Assembly: GCA_038249855.1 (NCBI GenBank)
Contig: JBBSCW010000001.1
Location: 3,341-67,340, forward strand
Source of the DNA: Bacteroidales bacterium
GTDB lineage: Bacteria > Bacteroidota > Bacteroidia > Bacteroidales > Paludibacteraceae
Direction: 5' to 3'
Length of the DNA: 64,000 nt
Made by a program: the position numbers and the translations under genes. Below the pieces are notes generated by a model, which was not told the DNA's origin, made no database searches, and saw only the letters and a list, made by a program, of their open reading frames with translations. Shown here piece after piece: positions 55,737 to 64,000 of the stretch. How positions within the stretch are numbered: position 1 is the stretch's first letter; each line of letters opens with the position of its first letter.

Positions 55737-55815
55737 AATCCAAAGATATCGTAATATAATCCATATTAATAATGATTTATTCTATTATTTATTCATTTAT
55801 AAAAGTGTTTCTTTG
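55737..55815 (+). promoter_or_regulatory. Candidate AraC sites: AATCCA repeats at 21-bp period plus -7-like box
   Basis: AATCCA at 55737 and 55758, ATTCTA at 55779, TTTCTTTG at 55808, in the divergent araC/GH43-like spacer. Confidence 0.45.
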
Positions 55816-55907
55816 TATTCTGATATTTTATGAATTAAATTGTTAGAGATTAAAAAAACGAAAGAATATTCAATTTAACAGGTACATGTATTTATTCAAA
55901 TAAAAAG

Positions 55908-56933
55908 ATGAAACAAATACTGCTTTTAATTTCTCTGATGCTTTGTTTTGTTATGATGGTCTGTGCTCAAAAAACAATTAATACACCACCTGCTCCTTTG
56001 TTTGCCGATCCAGTATACAATGGAACGCGTGATCCGGAAATGATTTATAATCCCACCGCGAAGGAGTACTGGATTTATTATACATCGAGCCGGCCTGTAA
56101 AGAATATTGGTAATTTTGTTGGAACACCCATCGGTATAGCAGGTACAAAAGATTTTGTAAAATGGCGGTTTGTAGGGTATTGTAGTTTTAATGGAATTGG
56201 AGGAAAACCGGATGCGAAACATACGTATTGGGCACCTGGAATTTATATAGAAGGCGATACGGCAAATATGTTTATTACTTTTAAAGAAGACACAATCGGC
56301 CCCTGGGGTGGCGAAAGCCGGCTGGATCATTATAAAGCACCGGTTTCGGACATGCAAAAGGGATGGAAATTCTTTAAAACAGTAACAAAAGAACCTCAGG
56401 CAATTGATGCAACTGTTGTGAAAATTGGCAAAACATATCATCTCTGGTATCGCAATTGCATTACTGAGCCATGTGGCATTTATCATGCAACGAGTACTGA
56501 TTTATCAAAGTGGAATTTCGAAGGGAAAGCAGAGGGCGATATTAATAATATAGAAACAACAAAAATCAGGTATCAGGAAGGACCCTATGTTTTTTATTGG
56601 AAAAACTATTACTGGATGATTACTGATCAGGGAAATGCTTTAGCAGTTTATCGTTCTTTCGATGCCAGAACATGGAAATACTGTGGAAACATATTAGGTG
56701 TTGAAGGAGGTAGCAGGTTATTCGATTCAAATAATGGAAAACATGCAAGCGTAAAAGTGATTAATGACAGGGCATTTATCTTTTACCATATCGAACCTTA
56801 TTCGAAAGAAACCAACCAGATTTTCCCCGGACACAAATATACCTGTTTTTTGCAAATGTCTGAATTGAATTTTGATGGAGAAAAGTTGAAATGTGACCGT
56901 AATGCAATGATTCATCTACTAGAAATTAAATAG
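55908..56933 (+). CDS. GH43-like five-bladed beta-propeller glycosidase
   Basis: PAPLFADPVYNGTRDP, YWAP, AIDA, QEGP, HASV; signal peptide. Confidence 0.78.
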   Translation: MKQILLLISLMLCFVMMVCAQKTINTPPAPLFADPVYNGTRDPEMIYNPTAKEYWIYYTSSRPVKNIGNFVGTPIGIAGTKDFVKWRFVGYCSFNGIGGKPDAKHTYWAPGIYIEGDTANMFITFKEDTIGPWGGESRLDHYKAPVSDMQKGWKFFKTVTKEPQAIDATVVKIGKTYHLWYRNCITEPCGIYHATSTDLSKWNFEGKAEGDINNIETTKIRYQEGPYVFYWKNYYWMITDQGNALAVYRSFDARTWKYCGNILGVEGGSRLFDSNNGKHASVKVINDRAFIFYHIEPYSKETNQIFPGHKYTCFLQMSELNFDGEKLKCDRNAMIHLLEIK

Positions 56934-57041
56934 TGTGATAGTTTTCTAATATTTGAATATCAATAAAATATAATAATTTATTCCACTTAAATACTTTAAA
57001 AACTTTTACTTTGTATCTTCAATCATTTTAAATTAATTTTT

Positions 57042-58427
57042 ATGAATAAATTCAATAAGTCTTATATTCTCGGCATTTCAATGATTTCCGCTATGGGCGG
57101 ACTTTTATTCGGTTACGATTGGGTTGTTATTGGTGGTGCAAAACCTTTTTACGAAAGGTTCTTCGACATTGCAGGTTCAGCCAATTTACAAGCGTGGGCT
57201 ATGAGCTCAGCACTAATTGGATGTGTTGTTGGCGCAGTACTTTCAGGAATGATAAGTGATAAGTTTGGTCGAAAATGGCCTTTATTATTGTCTGCCTTTC
57301 TTTTTACCATTGCATCAATAGGTACTGGGATAGCAATGTCCTATTCTACATTTATTGCATTCAGAATTATAGGTGGAATAGGAATTGGCTTGGCATCAGC
57401 ACTTTCACCCATGTATATTGCCGAAATTGCACCTACCCATCTGCGAGGTCGATTTGTATCGCTCAATCAAATGACCATTGTAATTGGTATTTTAGCAGCT
57501 CAACTTATAAACCTGATGATAGCCGACAAAGTTCCACAAGGTGCTTCCGATGCATTTATCACTGCTTCGTGGAATGGACAAATAGGATGGCGTTGGATGT
57601 TTTATGCTTGTGCTGTCCCTGCCGGTTTATTTTTCGCACTCACTTTTATTCTACCCGAAAGCCCTCGTTGGTTGATGAAAGCTGGCAAACCTGAAAAAGC
57701 ATTCCCTACTCTCAGAAAAATTGGTGGTGAAGACTATGCACGTCAAGAAATGGCAAATATTCAATCTACTTTAGATGATGTGAGTGAGAAAGTGGATTTC
57801 AAAACCCTTTTCAAACCAGCTTATGGAGCTATATTAGTGATTGGTGTATTTCTGGCAGTTTTCCAACAATGGTGTGGCATAAATACTGTTTTTAATTATG
57901 CCGAGGAAATTTTTACGGCTGCAGGTTATGGAGTAAGTGATACTCTTTTTAATATAGTTATTACTGGTAGTGTTAATCTGGTGTTTACCTTTATTGCTAT
58001 GTTTACCGTTGATAAATGGGGACGTAAGAAACTCATGCTTTTCGGATCTATTGGCTTAGCAATCAATTACATTTTGCTGGGTAGTGCTTTCTATTTTCAT
58101 ATCAAAGGAATTGCCGTATTAGTATTGGTTGTTTCAGCTATTGCCATTTACGCCATGTCATTAGCCCCAATTGTTTGGGTTATTTTATCGGAGATATTCC
58201 CAAATCGTGTTCGTGGAGCTGCAATGGCGTTGGCAACATTTGCTTTGTGGATTGCCTGTTTTATTCTTACTTACACGTTCCCGTTGCTTAATAAATCGTT
58301 GGGTGCGGCAGGTACATTTTGGGTATATGCTGGTATTTGTCTGATTGGGTTCTTCTTTATATTGAAAAAGCTGCCTGAAACAAAAGGAAAATCATTAGAA
58401 GAAATTGAAAAAGAATTAGTACGATAA
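57042..58427 (+). CDS. MFS sugar porter (XylE/AraE-like H+ symporter)
   Basis: GGLLFGYD, DKFGRK, PMYIAE, PESPRWL, QQWCGIN, SEIFP, PETKGKSLEEIE. Confidence 0.96.
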   Translation: MNKFNKSYILGISMISAMGGLLFGYDWVVIGGAKPFYERFFDIAGSANLQAWAMSSALIGCVVGAVLSGMISDKFGRKWPLLLSAFLFTIASIGTGIAMSYSTFIAFRIIGGIGIGLASALSPMYIAEIAPTHLRGRFVSLNQMTIVIGILAAQLINLMIADKVPQGASDAFITASWNGQIGWRWMFYACAVPAGLFFALTFILPESPRWLMKAGKPEKAFPTLRKIGGEDYARQEMANIQSTLDDVSEKVDFKTLFKPAYGAILVIGVFLAVFQQWCGINTVFNYAEEIFTAAGYGVSDTLFNIVITGSVNLVFTFIAMFTVDKWGRKKLMLFGSIGLAINYILLGSAFYFHIKGIAVLVLVVSAIAIYAMSLAPIVWVILSEIFPNRVRGAAMALATFALWIACFILTYTFPLLNKSLGAAGTFWVYAGICLIGFFFILKKLPETKGKSLEEIEKELVR

Positions 58428-58467
58428 TTTATCAATACAAAACAAACAAATGATTTTTTTTTAATTT

Positions 58468-59961
58468 ATGAAAGTCACTCATATTAATTTAATCTCGCTT
58501 GGAATTGTTGCTTTTCCCATTTTAATAATGGCAAAAGAAAAAAAAACATATCCTAATATCATTATTATCTTAACTGATGATCTTGGTTATGGAGATACCA
58601 ATTGTTATGGAGGGATAAATGTAAAAACTCCCAATATTGATCAATTAGCTAAAGAAGGAATCCGTTTCACAAATGGATATGCGGTGGCTTCGACCAGTAG
58701 TCCTTCTCGTTACTCTTTGCTTACTGGAGAATACGCATGGAGAAAGAATATTGGAATTTTAGATGGGGATGCTGCAATGGCCATATCGAAAGATGCGTTC
58801 ACACTTCCTTCAATGTTACAAAAGAAGAATTATACTACTGCATGTATAGGAAAATGGCATTTAGGACTTGGCGAAGGGAAAGTTGATTTTAACAAATATA
58901 TCAGTCCTTCACCAAATGATATCGGATTCGATTACTCATTTATTATTCCTGCAACTAATGATAGAGTACCTTGTGTTTATGTAGAAAACGGATTGACAGT
59001 TGGACTTGATGCATCTGATCCGATTCAAGTAAACTATGAAACTAAAATTGGAGATTGGCCAACAGGGAAAGAGAACCCGGAATTGTTGAGATTGAAAAGT
59101 TTAAATGGTCATAATCAAACTATTGTTAATGGAATTTCCAGAATAGGTTTCATGACAGGCGGTAAGTCAGCATTATGGGTTGATGAAGATATGTCGGAAA
59201 CTTTAACGTCTAAGGCGATATCTTTTATTAAACGAAATTCAAAAAATCTTTTTTTCCTCTATTTTGCAACTCATAATATTCATGAGCCCCGAGTCCCCGG
59301 CAAAAATTTCAAGGGAAGTAGTAACTGCGGTGTTTATGGTGATGTAATACAGGAATGTGACTGGTCGGTAGGTGAAATTCTTAAAGCACTCAAAGAGTCG
59401 AACATTGACGATAATACACTTATAATTTTCTTAAGTGATAATGGACCTATGGTAGCTGAAGGTTATGCTGATAATGGATTAGAAAATATAAACGGACACA
59501 AAGCTGCCGGTAATTTACGAGGAGGGAAGTATAGTCTTTATGAAGGCGGAACAAGAACTCCGTTTATTGTAAAATGGCCTAAAAAAATTACCCCTTCAGT
59601 TTCCAATAGTCCAGTAACTTTTATCGACTTATTTGCTTCATTAGCTTCACTTGTTGGTGTGAAACTAAACGAAAAACAAGCACCTGACAGCAAAAATATG
59701 CTGGCAATTTTAATGGGCAAAACCAAAAAAGCAAAAAACACCGAAATACTTATACAGGATAATCTCGGAAATATTGCTTTACGTAAAGGTGATTGGAAGC
59801 TTATACCAAAAGAGTGTACACTTCAGAAAAAATCTGATGAATTGTACAATTTAAGATTTGACATTTCAGAATCAAATAATCTCTCTTTGAAACATCCTGA
59901 AATTGTCAAGACAATTTATGATAGGTTGATTCAGATTAAAAGTAGTAAATTGAGACGTTAG
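58468..59961 (+). CDS. Ser-type formylglycine-dependent sulfatase (S1)
   Basis: PNIIIILTDDLGYGD, SSPSRYSLLTG, GKWHLG, DRVPCVY, SDNG, GGKYSLYEGGTR; N-terminal signal-like segment. Confidence 0.94.
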   Translation: MKVTHINLISLGIVAFPILIMAKEKKTYPNIIIILTDDLGYGDTNCYGGINVKTPNIDQLAKEGIRFTNGYAVASTSSPSRYSLLTGEYAWRKNIGILDGDAAMAISKDAFTLPSMLQKKNYTTACIGKWHLGLGEGKVDFNKYISPSPNDIGFDYSFIIPATNDRVPCVYVENGLTVGLDASDPIQVNYETKIGDWPTGKENPELLRLKSLNGHNQTIVNGISRIGFMTGGKSALWVDEDMSETLTSKAISFIKRNSKNLFFLYFATHNIHEPRVPGKNFKGSSNCGVYGDVIQECDWSVGEILKALKESNIDDNTLIIFLSDNGPMVAEGYADNGLENINGHKAAGNLRGGKYSLYEGGTRTPFIVKWPKKITPSVSNSPVTFIDLFASLASLVGVKLNEKQAPDSKNMLAILMGKTKKAKNTEILIQDNLGNIALRKGDWKLIPKECTLQKKSDELYNLRFDISESNNLSLKHPEIVKTIYDRLIQIKSSKLRR

Positions 59962-59982
59962 GTATGAAGAAATATAATAAAT

Positions 59983-62900
59983 ATGAAAAATAATAAAATA
60001 TTCAATGATATGAGTAAAAGTGTTCAAGCATGGGAAGAGGAAGTTGTTATTCCTACTTATGAAATTGGTAAAGCAGAAAAAAATCCATTATTTTTGGAGA
60101 AACGTGTATATCAGGGAAGTAGTGGTGTGGTTTACCCATATCCGGTAGTTGAGAAAATAGCTGATGAAAAAGTAGATAAAGTATATCAAGCTGTTTTTAT
60201 CGAAAACGAATATATTAAAGTGATGATTTTGCCTGAATTGGGTGGACGGGTGCAAATGGCTTATGATAAAATTAAAAAACGTCATTTTATTTATTATAAC
60301 CAGGTAATTAAACCAGCATTGGTTGGGCTAACTGGTCCATGGATTTCAGGAGGTTTGGAGTTTAATTGGCCACAACATCATCGACCAAGTACTTTTTTGC
60401 CTGTTGATCATACCATCGAAAAGAATGCCGATGGTAGCGTGACCGTTTGGGTGAGCGAAAACGAAAAAATGTTCCACCAGAAAGGAATGGCCGGTTTTAC
60501 CCTGCATCCCGGAAAAGCTGTGTTAGAAATTAAAGGAAAGCTGTTTAACCCAACCCCATTTCCACAAACATTTCTATGGTGGGCAAATCCTGCAGTAGCT
60601 GTAAACGATTTTTATCAATCGGTATTTCCGCCTGATGTTCATGCCGTTTTCGACCACGGGAAACGTGATGTGTCTACTTTCCCCATTGCTACCGGCACCT
60701 ATTACAAGGTTGACTATTCGGCAGGTGTGGATATCTCAAATTATAAAAATATTCCTGTACCCACATCGTATATGGCTATCAATTCAGAGTTCAACTTTGT
60801 GGGTGGATACGAAAACGATACAAAAGCTGGCGTATTGCATGTGGCAAATCATCTTATTTCACCCGGCAAAAAACAATGGACATGGGGAAATGGTGATTTC
60901 GGGAAAGCATGGGACAGAAACCTTACCGACGAAGATGGTCCGTATATTGAATTAATGGCCGGTGTATTTACCGATAATCAGCCGGATTTTTCATGGATGC
61001 AACCTTATGAAGAAAAAACATTTACACAGTATTTTTTACCTTACCGCGAATTGGGTGTTGTTAAAAATGCATCATCCGATATTTTATTAAATTTGGACAA
61101 GGTTGGTAGTAGGGCTATTGTGAAAGTTTTTGCTACTTCATTACAAAAAAATGCTCGAATAGTATTGGAGGGATTCCTTGATGAGACTTTGGATTTAAGT
61201 CCTGAAAAAGTATATGAAAAAGAAGTGCAGGTTGGAAATCTTTCGTTTGAAGAATTATGTTTACGAGTTTACAATTGTTTTGGTAAGGAATTGCTGAATA
61301 TTGTAAGCGATAAAACAGAAAGACCTATTGCTGAGGCTGCTAATGCGGCTAAATCTCCAAAGGAAACAGAATCGTGCGAACAGCTCTATATGACAGGTCT
61401 GCATTTGGAACAATACAGACATGCCACTTATTTGGCTATCGATTATTACTTAGAAGCTTTGCGTCGCGATCCAAGTGATATCCGCAATAATAACGCAATG
61501 GGACTGTGGTTGTTACGACGGGGAAAATTTGCTGAAGCCGAAAAATACTTCCGAACAGCCATCGAAACCCAATTGATGCGCAACCCGAATCCATACGATG
61601 GAGGACCGCGGTATAATCTGGGACTTGCCTTGAAATATCAGGGTAAAAACAAGGAAGCCTACGATGCATTTTATAAATCGTGCTGGAATGCTGCCTTGCA
61701 AGATGCCGGATATTATAGTTGTTCACAGATTTCTTGCATCAATGATAATTTATCTGAAGCACTTTCCGAGGTGGATAAATCGCTGATACGCAATTGGCAC
61801 AACAACAATGCACGTACGTTGAAAGCGGCTATTTTACGCAAATTGGACCATGCAGATGAAGCATTGGAATTAATCAACCATTCATTGAAAATTGATTTGT
61901 TTAATTTCGGTTGCCGTTTTGAGCAGTATTTAATTAGCAAGGATGCTGATGTATTAGCTGAAATGAATACTTTAATGCGTGCTGAAATTCACAATTACGA
62001 AATTATTTCATTAGAATATATTGCAGCTGGAATGTATACAGAAGCTGTTCAATTAGTAGAAGAAGGCATCAAAGTTTGCGAAACAAATCCTATGACCTAT
62101 TATTATATGGGTTGGGCATTGAAACTTGCAGGTAAGGATTGTAAAAATATTTTTGCAAAAGCAGCATCGCATGCACCTGGTTTTTGTTTTCCAAATCGCT
62201 TAGAAGCCATTTTGGCATTGCAGTGTGCACAAGAAGTGAATCCAGCCGATGCCAAAGCTCCTTATTATCTTGGAAATTTATGGTACGACAAACGCCAATA
62301 TACGGAGGCCATTGATTGTTGGGAAAGATCTGCAAAAATAGATGACAAGTTCCCAACCGTTTTACGCAATCTTTCGTTGGCCTATTTCAATAAATTAAAC
62401 GAACCTGAAAAAGCTCTTTTATCATTAGAAAAAGCTTTTGCTCTTGATACTAGAGATGGTCGAATTTTAATGGAATTGGATCAGCTTTACAAACGAATGT
62501 GTCGACCTCATTCTGAACGGTTGGCATTCCTCGATCAATATTTCGAGTTGGTAAAACAACGGGATGACCTTTATTTAGAATATGTAACACTTTGCAATCA
62601 AGCTGGCGATTACACCAAAGCAATGGAACTTATTGATGCTCGTCAATTTCATCCATGGGAAGGTGGCGAAGGAAAAGTCCCTGCTCAGTATCAGATTTGC
62701 AGGGTGGAATTAGCAAAACAATTGATAGACGAATCGAAGTTTGAATCAGCCATTCAATTATTAGTTCAATGCTTAGAATATCCTCATAACCTTGGCGAAG
62801 GAAAATTGATAGGTGCACAAGAGAATGATTTTAATTATTACTTGGGATGTGCTTATGAGGGTTTAGGGCAATTGACTGAAGCAAACAAGTATTGGGAAGC

Positions 62901-63270
62901 TGCCAAGGATGGTAGTTCAGAACCTGCAGCAGCCATTTTCTATAACGATCAAAAGCCGGATAAAATCTATTATCAAGGTCTTGCTCTTTTAAAATTAGGA
63001 CGCAAAGACGAAGCCTATGAACGCTTTAATAAGTTGATTAACTACGGAATAGAACATATATCCGAAGAAATAAAAATGGATTATTTTGCTGTTTCGTTAC
63101 CCGACTTATTAATCTGGGAAGATGATTTGACTTATAGAAATAAAATTCACTGTAACTATATGTTAGGGCTAGGACATTTAGGATTGAATGATAGTCAGAA
63201 GGCAAAATCCTTCTTGACCCGAGCTTTCGAAATGGACATCAACCATCAAGGAGTGCAAGTACATTTATAA
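59983..63270 (+). CDS. DUF5107 + TPR protein, homolog of E. coli YphG (start may be 60010)
   Basis: RVYQGSSG, ILPELGGR, IKPALVGLTGPWISGG.EFNWPQHHRP, GKKQWTWG, YIELMAG...NQPDF, FHPWEGGEG; TPR-rich C-half; no signal peptide. Confidence 0.9.
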   Translation: MKNNKIFNDMSKSVQAWEEEVVIPTYEIGKAEKNPLFLEKRVYQGSSGVVYPYPVVEKIADEKVDKVYQAVFIENEYIKVMILPELGGRVQMAYDKIKKRHFIYYNQVIKPALVGLTGPWISGGLEFNWPQHHRPSTFLPVDHTIEKNADGSVTVWVSENEKMFHQKGMAGFTLHPGKAVLEIKGKLFNPTPFPQTFLWWANPAVAVNDFYQSVFPPDVHAVFDHGKRDVSTFPIATGTYYKVDYSAGVDISNYKNIPVPTSYMAINSEFNFVGGYENDTKAGVLHVANHLISPGKKQWTWGNGDFGKAWDRNLTDEDGPYIELMAGVFTDNQPDFSWMQPYEEKTFTQYFLPYRELGVVKNASSDILLNLDKVGSRAIVKVFATSLQKNARIVLEGFLDETLDLSPEKVYEKEVQVGNLSFEELCLRVYNCFGKELLNIVSDKTERPIAEAANAAKSPKETESCEQLYMTGLHLEQYRHATYLAIDYYLEALRRDPSDIRNNNAMGLWLLRRGKFAEAEKYFRTAIETQLMRNPNPYDGGPRYNLGLALKYQGKNKEAYDAFYKSCWNAALQDAGYYSCSQISCINDNLSEALSEVDKSLIRNWHNNNARTLKAAILRKLDHADEALELINHSLKIDLFNFGCRFEQYLISKDADVLAEMNTLMRAEIHNYEIISLEYIAAGMYTEAVQLVEEGIKVCETNPMTYYYMGWALKLAGKDCKNIFAKAASHAPGFCFPNRLEAILALQCAQEVNPADAKAPYYLGNLWYDKRQYTEAIDCWERSAKIDDKFPTVLRNLSLAYFNKLNEPEKALLSLEKAFALDTRDGRILMELDQLYKRMCRPHSERLAFLDQYFELVKQRDDLYLEYVTLCNQAGDYTKAMELIDARQFHPWEGGEGKVPAQYQICRVELAKQLIDESKFESAIQLLVQCLEYPHNLGEGKLIGAQENDFNYYLGCAYEGLGQLTEANKYWEAAKDGSSEPAAAIFYNDQKPDKIYYQGLALLKLGRKDEAYERFNKLINYGIEHISEEIKMDYFAVSLPDLLIWEDDLTYRNKIHCNYMLGLGHLGLNDSQKAKSFLTRAFEMDINHQGVQVHL

Positions 63271-63290
63271 ATGCAAAATAAATAACATCT

Positions 63291-63352
63291 AAAGAAACCT
63301 CAGTTATCGTATTTATCACAATAAATAAAAGCCGTAAATGAGGTTTTTTTTT
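63291..63352 (+). terminator. Terminator-like stem-loop at the end of the PUL
   Basis: AAAGAAACCTCA...TGAGGTTTTTTTTT with an inner TATTTAT/ATAAATA pairing. Confidence 0.55.
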
Positions 63353-63472
63353 CATGCTTAACATGCCACTATACTACCTAATTAGTATTGCCAGGTACTT
63401 GTTTCAATCAATAAACGTTTGGAGGGTTGGGATGAATTAGCTTTCAATTTATGGAATGACTAAATTGTTTTT

Positions 63473-63874
63473 CTATCGAAGTTGATTAATCAGATAATCG
63501 GCAATGTTAAGTCCGTTGGCTTTTGCTACTGGAGTTGATGAGTTTTTGAGGACGGTGGAGTACCTCACATTAAAACCCTCTCTGACCTCTATCCCCCTTC
63601 GAGTACTTTCTCCATGTGGAGAAAGGAAATGGATTTCTTGAGAGTTTGTTGGGGAAAGAGAGTTTAGTATTTTCGCTTTTTCTGTCCATTTTTCATAAGC
63701 TCCAAAGTCGGGATACAGAATAACATTGCGACCTTTCAGAACCTTGCATTTTTCGATTGATAATCCTTGAATACCACCTGCAGCCAACCAAATAAGTTCG
63801 GGCATAATGATACTTGCTATAATAGCGGACTTTTCACTTTCGACAATCGCGACTGTGGAAGTTGGCAAGGCCAT
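63473..63874 (-). pseudogene. C-terminal fragment of a DUF6371-type Toprim-like protein
   Basis: VAIVESEKSAIIAS...WLAAGG...GRNVILYPDFGAYEKW...NIADYL; lacks the N-terminal part; contains a repeat-like insert. Confidence 0.6.
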
Positions 63875-63879
63875 TTATT

Positions 63880-63999
63880 TTAGCTTAGGGTGTTGTATTT
63901 CTCCAAAAGCTTTTCAAGCACACCCACATAATAAAACGGCACATTGAAGAGTCGGAAGTTTTTCCCTTCTATCGTCTTTACATTGTCAATAGAGAATGG
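63880..63999 (-). CDS. 3' end of a gene running off the window, resembling the C-terminus of AAA/DUF4143-type ATPases
   Basis: Minus frame PFSIDNVKTIEGKNFRLFNVPFYYVGVLEKLLEKYNTLS*, stop at 63880-63882; family call from resemblance only. Confidence 0.45.
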   Translation of the reverse strand, partial: PFSIDNVKTIEGKNFRLFNVPFYYVGVLEKLLEKYNTLS

Positions 64000-64000
64000 T

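Overview
AT-rich Bacteroidota DNA (Bacteroidales-like; inferred from SusC/D, HTCS, T9SS C-terminal domains and TAnnTTTG promoters). Almost the whole window is one large polysaccharide utilisation locus. In order: two tandem T9SS-tailed GH30_5-like beta-1,6-galactanases and a non-catalytic T9SS protein sharing a CBM-like domain; two lipocalin-like lipoproteins; two tandem SusC/SusD pairs and a lipoprotein; an O-acetylesterase; rhaM coupled to a URO-D/methyltransferase-family gene; a divergent HTCS; then GH2, GH30, 2x GH106, a FucI/AraA-like isomerase, a BNR-propeller/GH105 fusion, GH43, 2x GH2, GH78 and a DUF4450-like six-hairpin protein. A final AraC module holds a GH43-like propeller, a sugar porter, a Ser-type sulfatase and a YphG/DUF5107-TPR protein. 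Several decayed gene remnants and a conserved operator-like motif 57 bp before the -7 box in three promoters are visible. The best candidate for a new system is a pathway for a rhamnose-capped, acetylated and possibly methylated/sulfated beta-1,6-galactan, including a putative sugar O-demethylation step. No rRNA, tRNA, CRISPR or intact mobile element was seen. Family calls come from motif recognition only, with no database searches.
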